A stretch of DNA of 64,000 bases from Phycisphaerae bacterium (GTDB lineage: Bacteria; Planctomycetota; Phycisphaerae; UBA1845), in assembly GCA_963666835.2 (NCBI GenBank), contig CAXXGO010000001.1:1120001-1184000 (forward strand), read 5' to 3'. Shown one piece after another: positions 50,218 to 60,049 of this stretch (position 1 is the stretch's first letter; each line of letters opens with the position of its first letter). The notes under the pieces are model-generated. The model ran no database searches. It saw only the letters and a list, made by a program, of their open reading frames with translations, and was not told the origin of the DNA. A program made the translations under genes and the position numbers.

Positions 50218-50288
50218 GGCCATGGTAATGGTGGCGACCCCATAGTGACGTATATCTGCCACTCAGCGGCAAGGGAGATTCTTCGGTC

Positions 50289-50516
50289 ATGGATATAAGC
50301 ATTACGTACTGCGGGGAGTGAAACTACTACCCCACGGCCGCCGGTCTGGCGCGGGCGATAGACGCGGAGTTGAACGTCAAGGCGAGTCTGGTTACGGGAG
50401 GAGGCGGAGTCTTCGACGTGGTGGTCGACGGCACGAAAGTCTGGAGCAAGCATCAGTCCGGGCGGTTTCCGGAGCATGCGGAAGTGTTGGCCAAGATCGC
50501 GGCGTTGAACGGGTAG
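50289..50516 (+). CDS. SelW/SelT/Rdx family selenoprotein (75 aa, Sec at TGA 50319-50321)
   Basis: MDISITYCGE-U-NYYPTAAGLARAI...GGGGVFDVVVDG..VWSKHQSGRFPE; absent from the ORF track. Confidence 0.88.
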
Positions 50517-50655
50517 GGCTGTTTCACAACCAGGTTCTCGGCTGTGCCATTGCTCTTGGGCAGTGCCGGGACCAGGCACGGTGCGGATTGTCGCAGGCTA
50601 GTTGTTACGGGCGAGCCGGCTGGTGCGGGCCGCTCGCTAACTGGGAGGTCATCTC

Positions 50656-51381
50656 GTGAGTGCTTCGATCACATGGTGCGGACATGCCACCTTCAGGCTC
50701 GAGTTACCGGACGGTCGGGTGCTGATGATCGACCCGTGGCTGACCGGGAACCCCGCATGTCCCAAGGAATTGCAGAACCCAGCGCGGTGTGATTTGATTG
50801 TTCTGACGCACGGTCACGCCGATCATGTCGGCGATGTGCCGCGGCTGGTGGAACGGTTCGACCCCGTTGTAGTCGGGAACTTCGATCTGTGTGCCGCGCT
50901 GGAGCAGCAGGTAGGCAAAGGACGCTTCTCCGGAATGAACACCGGCGGCACGCAGGTGGTTGACGGCGTGCGGGTCTCGCTTACTCAGGCGTTTCACTCT
51001 TCCGCGCTGGGTACGCCGCAAGGGCCGGCGTACGCCGGAATGCCGAACGGTGCGGTGGTGGCCGCCGAAGGCGTAGCCACCGTGTACCATGCGGGTGACA
51101 CCGACGTGTTCGGAGACATGAAGCTGATCCGGCAGCTTCTTGCGCCTCGGGTGTGTCTGCTACCCATCGGAGACTACTTCACAATGGGGGCGGCGGGGGC
51201 GGCTCTGGCTACGGAGATGCTCGATCCGGAAGTGGTCATTCCCTGCCACTACCGGACGTTTCCCATTCTTGCTCAAACTGCTGATAAGTTCCGCGCGGCG
51301 CTTCCGGAGGCCCTCAAGAGCCGGTTGGTAGTCGCGGAGGTGGGCCGGAGCTTGGCCTGGACGGCGACCGGGGTAGGCTAG
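50656..51381 (+). CDS. Metal-dependent hydrolase, metallo-beta-lactamase fold (UPF0173-like)
   Basis: WCGHATF, IDPW, THGHADH, YHAGDT, LPIGDYFTMG, IPCHY. Confidence 0.92.
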   Translation: MSASITWCGHATFRLELPDGRVLMIDPWLTGNPACPKELQNPARCDLIVLTHGHADHVGDVPRLVERFDPVVVGNFDLCAALEQQVGKGRFSGMNTGGTQVVDGVRVSLTQAFHSSALGTPQGPAYAGMPNGAVVAAEGVATVYHAGDTDVFGDMKLIRQLLAPRVCLLPIGDYFTMGAAGAALATEMLDPEVVIPCHYRTFPILAQTADKFRAALPEALKSRLVVAEVGRSLAWTATGVG

Positions 51382-51502
51382 CCCGAGGTCTTGCCGATGG
51401 CGCGTCGGCCGGGAAAGGCCGACAGTCGTGCAGCGCGTTTTGAGGCAGGAGTTGCTCGCATCACGACGCGGTCAGGTTGCTTGCTCCATTCGGGCAGTCC
51501 AC

Positions 51503-52345
51503 ATGGAACCAACGCTTCGGACATTTACCGACGACGATCTCGGCTTCGCGCTTGCGCAAACGGCGCGCGAAGGGTGGAATACGACCGAGACCACGTTCCG
51601 AATGTGTTTGGCGCATGATCCCGGCGGCTGCTTCGTTGCGGAGGTGGACGGCGCTGCGGTGGGGATGATCACCGCAACGCAGTACGCGCAGACCGGTTGG
51701 GTCGGTAACCTGATCGTGGTTCCTACGCAAAGGCGGTGCGGGATCGGAGCCCGCCTGATGACCGAAGCCCTAGCCTACCTGGCCGCGCGGAACGTGCGAG
51801 CCGTTCGGCTCGAGGCCGACCCGATGGGGATCGGCGTATACCGCCGTTTGGGTTTCGAGGACCAATTCGAGTCGCTCAGGTTCTTCAGGACCGGGGCGGC
51901 ACCAGCCGGGGAGGTTCGCGATTCCATCGTCGAGCCTGCGGACCTGTCGGCAGTGGCGGCATTCGACCGGGAGTGTTTCGGAGATGATCGAGGTCGTCTG
52001 CTGAAGCTGTTGGCCGGGGTGTCCGACGCCACTTATTGGTTCGATGGTGAAGGCGGATCTCACGGTTATGCCATGGTGCTTACTTCGACATCCGGTGTGT
52101 CATTGGGACCATGGGGAGCAAGCGATGAGGCTGCGGCGTGCGGTCTGGTCGACGCGGCGATCCGAGATTACGGGGCGGGCCCGATAGTCGTGGGCGTTCC
52201 CGAAGTGAACCCCGCAGCGGTGGAAGTCCTCACGTCGCGCGGTTTCCGCCAAGTGGCGTCCTGTCTGAGGATGGTCCGGGGAGAGCAGGCCGGCGAAGCG
52301 AGTGCGGAGAGACTCTTCGGTATTGCGAACGGCGCTCTGGGCTGA
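51503..52345 (+). CDS. GNAT family N-acetyltransferase (two-domain, YitH-like)
   Basis: V.PTQRRCGIGARLM, YRRLGF, FDRECFGDDR. Confidence 0.85.
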   Translation: MEPTLRTFTDDDLGFALAQTAREGWNTTETTFRMCLAHDPGGCFVAEVDGAAVGMITATQYAQTGWVGNLIVVPTQRRCGIGARLMTEALAYLAARNVRAVRLEADPMGIGVYRRLGFEDQFESLRFFRTGAAPAGEVRDSIVEPADLSAVAAFDRECFGDDRGRLLKLLAGVSDATYWFDGEGGSHGYAMVLTSTSGVSLGPWGASDEAAACGLVDAAIRDYGAGPIVVGVPEVNPAAVEVLTSRGFRQVASCLRMVRGEQAGEASAERLFGIANGALG

Positions 52346-52468
52346 CCGGTTGCCCCAGGCCGTCTTACGCAGGGTCTGCGAGTCTCGCCCCCTCCACGGC
52401 AATCGCTCCGACGCCGGACAAGCCCTCTCCCGCCCGGTCACCATCCATCAACCCGACTTTGGTTCAGG

Positions 52469-53119
52469 TCATTGCTTCCGCGTGTAGGTTATCTCCATAA
52501 CCAGGGTCTCTTCGCCGGTGCGCAAATCGAACATCTCGAAGACGTGATGATCGTGATCTATGACGCGTGTTACGTATTTCGCCATATACCCGTGAACTCC
52601 GAGAACGGGCTCGTCCATCTGCCCGAAGAACGTGAGGGTATCGCCTTTGTCATTCCAGCTTCCCGTGGACGTGAAGAGCTGAGTGCTCATGTTGTCCACC
52701 CAAGCGCTGACGTACATCTTCCGGAAGTTGTCGTACCCGGTGAAACCAATACCGTTGAAAGGAACCTTCTCCATGTTCCCGTCCGGTCCGGGCATCAGGA
52801 AGTAGCTGCTGGTTTCGTCCATGATATACCGGCCGCCGAGCACCCACTTGACGGAAGCCGTTCCTTTAGTCTCCGCCGCAGGAGTACCGGGGCCACCCAT
52901 CCAAGTGCGAATCGCCAGATCCCACTCGCCGACGAACCGGTCCAGCTTCTTGTGGTGTTCGGCCGGCGTCGCGACAGCCTGCCAGATGGCCATCATCTCC
53001 GCCATCTCAGCCGCGCTCGGTTGTCCCGAGTGTCCGGGGTCTTCGGATAGGGCCTTGGGAGATCCCGCAATCGCTACGGCGACGAGCGCCGCCAAAGCCA
53101 ATGATATGCTTCGTTTCAT
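52469..53119 (-). CDS. Exported DUF1579-like protein
   Basis: Signal peptide; TPAEHHKKL..FVGEW, GFTGYDN..K.YVSAWVDNMST, MEITYTR. Confidence 0.8.
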   Translation of the reverse strand: MKRSISLALAALVAVAIAGSPKALSEDPGHSGQPSAAEMAEMMAIWQAVATPAEHHKKLDRFVGEWDLAIRTWMGGPGTPAAETKGTASVKWVLGGRYIMDETSSYFLMPGPDGNMEKVPFNGIGFTGYDNFRKMYVSAWVDNMSTQLFTSTGSWNDKGDTLTFFGQMDEPVLGVHGYMAKYVTRVIDHDHHVFEMFDLRTGEETLVMEITYTRKQ

Positions 53120-53405
53120 TGTATTGTCCCTCGAATCTACAGTGAACTGGAGCCACGCTAACGTCGCGGCTTACACCCGCATAGCCCCGCGAACGGACGG
53201 CCGTTCGCGAAACAAGTGCCTCAAACCGATCCGGGGAACCTAACAAGAACCGAACACCGTGTCAAGGGGGGCGTAAAGGAAATTGTGCTAGCGGCGGGAC
53301 GCGGGCGAGGCTGTGGCGGTTTCGGACAGATGGCGTCTTGTCGTAGCGTGGTGCGGTAGGTCGGTAGTGACGGTGGCGGATACCCGCTTCGGTTACCGAC
53401 GCGGC

Positions 53406-56400
53406 CTACGCATGGTGGTTAGTATGGTCCTGCCGGGTCGGGGACTGGTTCGGTTCGTGCGGACCGTGAGGCGACTTCCACGGCAACGTATTCGTGTCAC
53501 AATTCCGACGACCTGACGGGCATCGTCCGAACGCCGTCTTGCCGGCAACGGCCAGAAGTAAGGCCAGGACGAGCAGTCCCCAGGTAGAGGTTGCCGGGAT
53601 CAACGAGGCGCAGTCCGGTATACCATCGCCGTCCGCGTCAATCGTATCGTCCATGGTCGGGCAAAGGTCGATACAATCGGGAACCGTGTCGCCGTCCGAA
53701 TCGGTCTCCGGGACACCGCAACCGCATTGTCCCGGCACCAGCTTGTCCGGATCGCGTGGACATTCATCGCAGTCGTCGATCGCGCCGTCTCCGTCCGTGT
53801 CGGTTTCACAGTCGTCCGGCACGACGTTGCCGTTGCAGTCTTGCTCGGTGGCCGCCGGGTAGCCCAAGCGGACAAGTAGCTGGGATCCGAACTGACAGGC
53901 TGCGGAATCTACTGCAGTGCTGGGGATGATCTCGAGCGTAGCTTGGCAATCGTTCAGAAGGGCGTTGTACTGCTCGGCCGGTAGGACTAATTCCGCGGAG
54001 TCGAATGTGAACGGGCACTCACGGGCGCCGAACTCGAACATCCGACCGATCTCGCTACCGTTGATGAAAACCGACAAGTATTGGTTTGATCCGGCAAGGT
54101 CGCCGTGGGCGTAGAACAGCAGGGTGACGTCTCCGGTGGCCGGGGGCATCCAGAGCATGTCATACGACAGAGGGTTGTCAGCTCCGAGCGGCGAAAACGC
54201 GGAAGGACGGCGGTAGCTGATGGTGGTCACTTCGCATCCGTCCGGCACGGCATTGAGATTGCAGTCCGGGCAATCTCCTGAGCTGATGTCGCATTCATCG
54301 GGGACCCAATTGCCGTTGCAGTCTTCGCTGGTTTGGTAGGCCAGATCGCAACGATCGGCGATGCCGTTGTAGTTGCAGTCGGGTTCGCATTCGTCGGGGA
54401 TTCCGTTTCGAAGGCAATCGACGCTGGTACCTTCTGCAAGGTCGCAGGCGTCGGCGATTCCATTTGCGTTGCAGTCCGGGTCGCACTCGTCGGGTACTAG
54501 ATTCTCGTCGCAGTCCTCGGTCAGACCGCCGCCGGTTTCGCATGCGTCGGGTAGCCCGTTGGCATTGCAGTCGGCGTATTGCGTGGATTCCTCAAGTCCC
54601 AGATCCACTCGGCAATGACGGATGCGATCGCCACCGGTGAAGTCGTAGGCGGGCAAGTGTGCGGCGGTCTCGGTGCCGGCATCTATGCAGGGCGAGCCCG
54701 CCGCCAACCGTACGTCGTCATCAGCGGTTCCGATGACGTCGTCGGCTCCGTCTGCGTCGACAAACAGTGGATCATGAGAGATGTTGCCGTATCCGATTTC
54801 GTAACGCGACAACTCCTCGACGCAACTGTACCTCAGTTGGACGAAGTCGGCGGTAAGTTGGGCGTTGTGTCCGGTGGACAGGCCGTACTGGGCAACATTG
54901 CCGTACAGAATGCTGTTCTCAACGCCCATGAAGGGTGGCACCGTTCGAGCATCACCAGGCGGTACGGATGTGCCGCTGAGCACTCCGCCGGCGGAACCCC
55001 CGGCCAGGTTGCCGTACACCACACAGTTGGTAAGCCACGGATGGCCTTGCACGTGCCGGAGGGCACCACCGCCCCCCTCGGAGAAGTTGCCGCTGAACAG
55101 GCAGTTGGTGAACGTTGGGTTGCCCTTGGGGCTGTACACGGCGCCGCCGTCGGCGATCGCGTGGTTCCCCACGAACCGGCAGTTGTTGTACAGGGCACTT
55201 CCGGATTCGTTGAGCAGCGCTCCGCCCTTTGCAGCGGTTCCCACGCCGTCGGCATTGCCGGCGGTAACGACGAACCCGTCAACGACAGTCGAACTTCGGG
55301 CGGAGCTACCCACGATCACATGATACGAGTTGTCGTCGATATTGCAGAATCTCCATTCATCATCGCCGTTCAGATCGCCGGACAGGATCGTCGGGTTCGC
55401 AAGCGGGTCGCGTTCATCGAACTGTTCCTCGCGGCCCGCGAACCCGCCGTATAGCGATACGCCGCGGACCAGCTCGAATGATATACTCCGGTCGCCTCCC
55501 GGACCGGCCGGAGTGTAGACTCCACCGGCAACCCACACCTGCGCGCCGGTTCCGCAGGTTTCGTCGGCCGCGCTAAGACCATCCTGCAGGTCGACGAAGG
55601 CATCGTCCCATCCGGTTCCGGTTCCGGCACCTGTGGCTTGGGCGTCTACGAAGAACACGTCGCATTCGTCCAGGGTGCCGTTCCCGTTGCAATCGTAGCT
55701 GGTGCCGCCGGCGAGGTCGCAGATGTCCTGAATACCGTTGTGGTTACAGTCGGTATCGGGTTCGCATTCGTCCGGGATCGCGTTGTCATTGCAGTCGGCG
55801 CTGGCTCCCGTGGCGAGGTCGCACTCGTCCGGGACGCCGTTTTCATTGCAGTCCAAGCTTATCGCGTCGGCGATGTCGCATTCGTCGGGGCGATCGTTAC
55901 GATTGCAGTCCGCGCTGGTGCCCTCGACAATATCGCAGACATCCCACAGACCGTTGCCGTTGCAGTCGGGAGTTCCCGTGCAATCCGTGATCGGGACGTG
56001 GATGGTGACGCACTCGAAAGCCATCGGGGCCACCTGGTAGGGGTCGGGGCACTCCAGCAGGAAGCTGTGGTTCACGATGTCTTCACTAAGGCACACGGTG
56101 AACGTGCCTGCGGCCGTGTCGGACACGTCCAGCACTAAAGTGCCCAGGTAGGCAGTGTCTCCTTCGTCTTGGGCACATTCGTCCATGAACACGACCATGG
56201 CGCCGTATTGGTAGAACTCGATCTCGTCGTTCCAGACGATGGAGAAGTTGGTTCTGTCGAAGAACAGATAATCCGGGCGCTCTTCCATGATGAAGGCCCC
56301 GGCGGAAGGGTCGGGGAGGACGACGGGAGTGAGCGCCCCGGTGAGTTCATTAGTGTAGGTTTCGTGGTCGATCAGGATGTTGTAGGCGGAGAGTTTTCGC

Positions 56401-58436
56401 GGAGCCCAGCGCCGCAGGAACACCTCGATAGTAACCCGGCTCTCCGGAGTGACGGTGACCTCATCCACCGGGCCGCCGGGAATAGGAACAGAGTTCAGCG
56501 CCGACGCCTTCAGCGAGAATACCGGGGCGCAGCTCGGGTCCGTGCTGGGCAATCCGGCGCACTCTCCGTCCGTGCACGTATCTTCGTCGGTACACGAGTT
56601 ACCGTCGTCGCACGCTGCGGTGTTGTCGAGCCAGTGGCACAAGCCGTCCGAGCAAGTTTCGTCGGTACATTCACTCCCGTCCGCGCAGTCGTCGGGAGTG
56701 ACACAGGTTTCGCACTCGTCCGGGACGGCGGTGTTGTTGACGTCGCTGCTGACGCTCTCGGCGAGATCGCATTCGTCCGGACGATCGTTGGCGTTGCAGT
56801 CCTCGGACGCAAAGGTCCGCAAGTCGCATTCATCGGGGATGTCGTTCGCGTTGCAATCTGCGCTAACTGAACTTGAGATGTCGCATTGATCGGCGACGCC
56901 GTTGGCGTTGCAGTCGGGTTCGCATTCGTCCAGGATGTCGTTGTTGTTACAGTCGGTAGCCGTGCCGGCAAGGAGCTCGTCTTCGTCCGCAGTACCGTTG
57001 ACATTACAGTCTCCCAGAGCGGCGGCGGCGTTCAGGAAACCCCCGGTAGCGGTCCGCCCGGTTAGCGTAGATAGCGGTTGCGTGGTATTGAGAATCCGAT
57101 CGCGTACCTGGAGCCAGGTTAGGTCCGGGCGTCGGCCCATGATAAGGGCCACCGTCCCGGTGACATGCGGAGTGGCCATGGAGCATCCCGTGCTGTAACC
57201 ATAGTCCCCATTGGGGATGGTGCTCAGGATGTTCACGCCGGGAGCGGCGAGATCGACCGAGACGGTCCCGACAACCGAGAGGGCGGAAAGAAGGCCGTCG
57301 TTGTCAATGGAGGCCACGGTGATCATGTTGGGCAGGTCGAAGCTGGCCGGGATCACCGGGTTGATGTCGATGTCTCTTCCAAAGAAGTTGCCGGCGGCGG
57401 CTACGAAGAGGTGGCCGATGCTTTGGGTCTGGGCGATGGCGTCGTAGAGGGCTTGGTCGAACGGGGCGATTGTTCCCCAACTGTTGTTGGATACTCTGAT
57501 GCCGTTGTCGATCACGTATTCGAGTCCCTCGACGGCGTCGGAAACGTATCCGTTACCGTCCGGGCCGAGGATCTTCACGGCGACGATGCGGCATTGCCAG
57601 TTGACCCCCGCTACGCCCAACCCGTTGTCACCCACCGCGCCGATAGTCCCGGCCACGTGCGTTCCGTGGTAGTTGTCATCCATTGGATCGCTGTCGTCGT
57701 TGCAGGTGTCGTAGCCGTGGACATCGTCGACCCAACCGTTGCCGTCGTCGTCGAGTCCGTTGTTCGGGACCTCGCCGGGGTTCGTCCAGATGTTGGCAAC
57801 GAGGTCCGGGTGGTTGTAGTCCACCCCGGTGTCGAGAACGGCGATCCGCAAGTCCGGACCGCCCGTCCAAAGATCCCAGGCATTTATTGCGTGAATATCC
57901 ACCCCGTTTGTGCCCGGGTCCGGAGGAGCACTACTAATAGTCTGACCGTGATTGTACATCCCCCACAGCTCTTCGAGGAGCGGGTCGTTTGGCGTGGCAG
58001 AGGTTTGGAGGACGTAGTCCGGTTGGGCATAGCGGACGGACGGGCTGAGACGCAGAGCGGATATGGCGTCCGTGAGCTCGTCGGGCTCAACTTCCGCAAG
58101 GAACAGCCCGTCGACGACACGGAACTCCTTCAGAACGTTACTGACACCGGCGGCGGTGAACACCGCCTGGCGGTCCGAACGCGTCGACTTGGGTTCCAGG
58201 CGAATGAGCAGGCGCCTCGGATGGAACCCCGCGTCTTGTAGTGACTCTGATATGTCACCACCGGCATCCTGCCGCTGATGGGCAAATGCGATGATTGTGT
58301 CCGATTCGTCGGCGGATTCAGCGCCTCCGGCATTCGCCCAAGGGACGACGGCCAGCAGCATAGGTAGGACTCTCGTAAAGATGAGACAAAACGGCCTCGG
58401 TCCGGACGTTCGCAGATGGACTACACGTTGGGGCAT
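53406..58436 (-). CDS. Secreted S8 (subtilisin-like) serine peptidase with Ca-binding repeats, beta-helix region and IPTL-CTERM-like tail
   Basis: VLDTG, HGTHVAG, AAAGN, GCSMATPHV; DCN.N...DECD repeats; GGA beta-helix repeats; IPATSTWGLLVLALLL. Confidence 0.92.
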   Translation of the reverse strand: MPQRVVHLRTSGPRPFCLIFTRVLPMLLAVVPWANAGGAESADESDTIIAFAHQRQDAGGDISESLQDAGFHPRRLLIRLEPKSTRSDRQAVFTAAGVSNVLKEFRVVDGLFLAEVEPDELTDAISALRLSPSVRYAQPDYVLQTSATPNDPLLEELWGMYNHGQTISSAPPDPGTNGVDIHAINAWDLWTGGPDLRIAVLDTGVDYNHPDLVANIWTNPGEVPNNGLDDDGNGWVDDVHGYDTCNDDSDPMDDNYHGTHVAGTIGAVGDNGLGVAGVNWQCRIVAVKILGPDGNGYVSDAVEGLEYVIDNGIRVSNNSWGTIAPFDQALYDAIAQTQSIGHLFVAAAGNFFGRDIDINPVIPASFDLPNMITVASIDNDGLLSALSVVGTVSVDLAAPGVNILSTIPNGDYGYSTGCSMATPHVTGTVALIMGRRPDLTWLQVRDRILNTTQPLSTLTGRTATGGFLNAAAALGDCNVNGTADEDELLAGTATDCNNNDILDECEPDCNANGVADQCDISSSVSADCNANDIPDECDLRTFASEDCNANDRPDECDLAESVSSDVNNTAVPDECETCVTPDDCADGSECTDETCSDGLCHWLDNTAACDDGNSCTDEDTCTDGECAGLPSTDPSCAPVFSLKASALNSVPIPGGPVDEVTVTPESRVTIEVFLRRWAPRKLSAYNILIDHETYTNELTGALTPVVLPDPSAGAFIMEERPDYLFFDRTNFSIVWNDEIEFYQYGAMVVFMDECAQDEGDTAYLGTLVLDVSDTAAGTFTVCLSEDIVNHSFLLECPDPYQVAPMAFECVTIHVPITDCTGTPDCNGNGLWDVCDIVEGTSADCNRNDRPDECDIADAISLDCNENGVPDECDLATGASADCNDNAIPDECEPDTDCNHNGIQDICDLAGGTSYDCNGNGTLDECDVFFVDAQATGAGTGTGWDDAFVDLQDGLSAADETCGTGAQVWVAGGVYTPAGPGGDRSISFELVRGVSLYGGFAGREEQFDERDPLANPTILSGDLNGDDEWRFCNIDDNSYHVIVGSSARSSTVVDGFVVTAGNADGVGTAAKGGALLNESGSALYNNCRFVGNHAIADGGAVYSPKGNPTFTNCLFSGNFSEGGGGALRHVQGHPWLTNCVVYGNLAGGSAGGVLSGTSVPPGDARTVPPFMGVENSILYGNVAQYGLSTGHNAQLTADFVQLRYSCVEELSRYEIGYGNISHDPLFVDADGADDVIGTADDDVRLAAGSPCIDAGTETAAHLPAYDFTGGDRIRHCRVDLGLEESTQYADCNANGLPDACETGGGLTEDCDENLVPDECDPDCNANGIADACDLAEGTSVDCLRNGIPDECEPDCNYNGIADRCDLAYQTSEDCNGNWVPDECDISSGDCPDCNLNAVPDGCEVTTISYRRPSAFSPLGADNPLSYDMLWMPPATGDVTLLFYAHGDLAGSNQYLSVFINGSEIGRMFEFGARECPFTFDSAELVLPAEQYNALLNDCQATLEIIPSTAVDSAACQFGSQLLVRLGYPAATEQDCNGNVVPDDCETDTDGDGAIDDCDECPRDPDKLVPGQCGCGVPETDSDGDTVPDCIDLCPTMDDTIDADGDGIPDCASLIPATSTWGLLVLALLLAVAGKTAFGRCPSGRRNCDTNTLPWKSPHGPHEPNQSPTRQDHTNHHA

Positions 58437-58789
58437 GGTTCACTTGCCTCGCACTTCCCGGGGTGTTTCCCGTTTAGGGGAGCCGAGTGCTGCTCACCTG
58501 CCGGTTGAATGCACCGAGCCACCCCAGAACTGCGCGTAGCGCGCGAAACCGGCCCGGCCACCCCTTCATTTAACATATCGTTCTGCGGTCTGCCGGACAA
58601 GAAAATACCGGAGGCGCGCCGCGCGCCCGGATGGTGGAGTGGCTTCACGTTCGAAGGCCGACGGCAGTTCGTATCCGACCGCTGTGCCGGGCAAGTGCCG
58701 TTTTCATGTAGGCAACGGCAATCTCAGTTGTGTCATTGTTGCTTGAGCGGTGGTACACGAGAATCCGGATCTACTTTGCTGGAAGCGGC

Positions 58790-59281
58790 CTAGTAGAATA
58801 GCGTCATGATGAGGTTGGGCTCGGTGTGCTTGCCCTCGAACATACCGATTGTGGCGGTGCTGAACTTGATCTCGATATTGTGATTCCGGTCCAGCCAGTC
58901 GTTGATTTGCTTATCCATGAAGTCGATAGCGCCCTGGCTGAGCTTCGAGTGGAAGGTTCGGCAGCGGCAAGCCCCAGAGCTGCGCGGGTCTACCGGCCTT
59001 TTGTATTGCGATTCGTCGTGCGCCCCGCCCTTACCCAGCGTGTCCTCGGTTGTCATGATCCGAGTACCCGACATGTCGATCTTGGTGCTCGCGTTATCGT
59101 CGGACTCGAACGAGATCGGCTCGAGGATATCGGTGGCGTCGGCGACGGCCTGTTGCTTCTCCTTGACGCAGTGGGGGCAGAGCAGCCGGCCGTTTATCTG
59201 CTTGGCTATGCCGGACTCAATGTGCTCGGGATAAATGGTCGCTCCGCAACCCTTGCAACTCTTCGTATCTTCTGACGCCAT
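58790..59281 (-). CDS. Hypothetical protein with N-terminal CxxC...CxxC
   Basis: CKGC...LLCPHC; GGAG RBS; same strand as deoC. Confidence 0.75.
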   Translation of the reverse strand: MASEDTKSCKGCGATIYPEHIESGIAKQINGRLLCPHCVKEKQQAVADATDILEPISFESDDNASTKIDMSGTRIMTTEDTLGKGGAHDESQYKRPVDPRSSGACRCRTFHSKLSQGAIDFMDKQINDWLDRNHNIEIKFSTATIGMFEGKHTEPNLIMTLFY

Positions 59282-59356
59282 AGGGGAATACTCCTTCCGA
59301 TAATGGTACAGAGGTATTCTAGCGGCTGCGGTGTAGGGGCGTCAAGGACTCGCGGT

Positions 59357-60049
59357 TCAGGCTTCCTTGATGATCGCCACTCCTGCGGAAGTGCCCAGGC
59401 GTTCCGCTCCCGCCGCCAGCATAGCACGCGCTTGCGCGGCCGTTCGGATGCCCCCTGAAGCCTTGACCTTGAGCGGGGCGGCTGCGCGGCATAGCAAGCG
59501 GACCTGCTCTTCGGTGGCACCTCCGGATGGGTGGAACCCCGTCGAGGTCTTTACGAAATCTGCGCCGGCTTCGACGCAGCAGCGGCAGCCGAGGATCGTC
59601 TGCTCCGTTGTAAGGGCTCCCGCCTCCAAGATGACTTTGAGGATCCGCCCGTTGCCGCTTTCGTGGACTACCCGGGCCACGGCTTCGATGTCCCGGCCGA
59701 CGGCTACGCAGTCTTCTTCGATAAGGGAACCGACGGATATTACCATGTCAATCTCACCGGCGCCGTCGTCGAGAGCCCGACGAGCCTGGTCGACCTTCGT
59801 AGCGGTGCAGTCCGCTCCGAGAGGGAAGCCGGCGACTGAAGTGACCGTCGGTTGGGGTTGTCCGTCGGCCGGGCTGCCGTTTGCGAGGCGGCTGGCGGCC
59901 CGCCGGACGTGAATCGGGTTCACGCATGCCGTGGCGAAACCGTATTCCAGCACCTCGTCGCAGAGGGCGTCGATCTGGTCGGTAGTTACTTCCGGCTTGA
60001 GGAGGGTGTGGTCAATCCGGCGGGCCAGTTCCGTATCAACATTGTTCAT
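59357..60049 (-). CDS. deoC: Deoxyribose-phosphate aldolase
   Basis: IDHTLLKP, GFPLG, EIDMV, KVILE, FVKTSTGF, KASGGIR, RLGTS. Confidence 0.96.
   Translation of the reverse strand: MNNVDTELARRIDHTLLKPEVTTDQIDALCDEVLEYGFATACVNPIHVRRAASRLANGSPADGQPQPTVTSVAGFPLGADCTATKVDQARRALDDGAGEIDMVISVGSLIEEDCVAVGRDIEAVARVVHESGNGRILKVILEAGALTTEQTILGCRCCVEAGADFVKTSTGFHPSGGATEEQVRLLCRAAAPLKVKASGGIRTAAQARAMLAAGAERLGTSAGVAIIKEA

Noticed and set aside
50097..50659. ORF-track calls 50097-50579(-) and 50318-50659(+)
   Set aside because: Superseded by the in-frame selenoprotein reading.
57170..57195. Inactive S8 peptidase because of GCSMA instead of GTSMA
   Set aside because: Catalytic Asp, His, Ser and the oxyanion Asn are all present; the substitution is next to, not at, the nucleophile.
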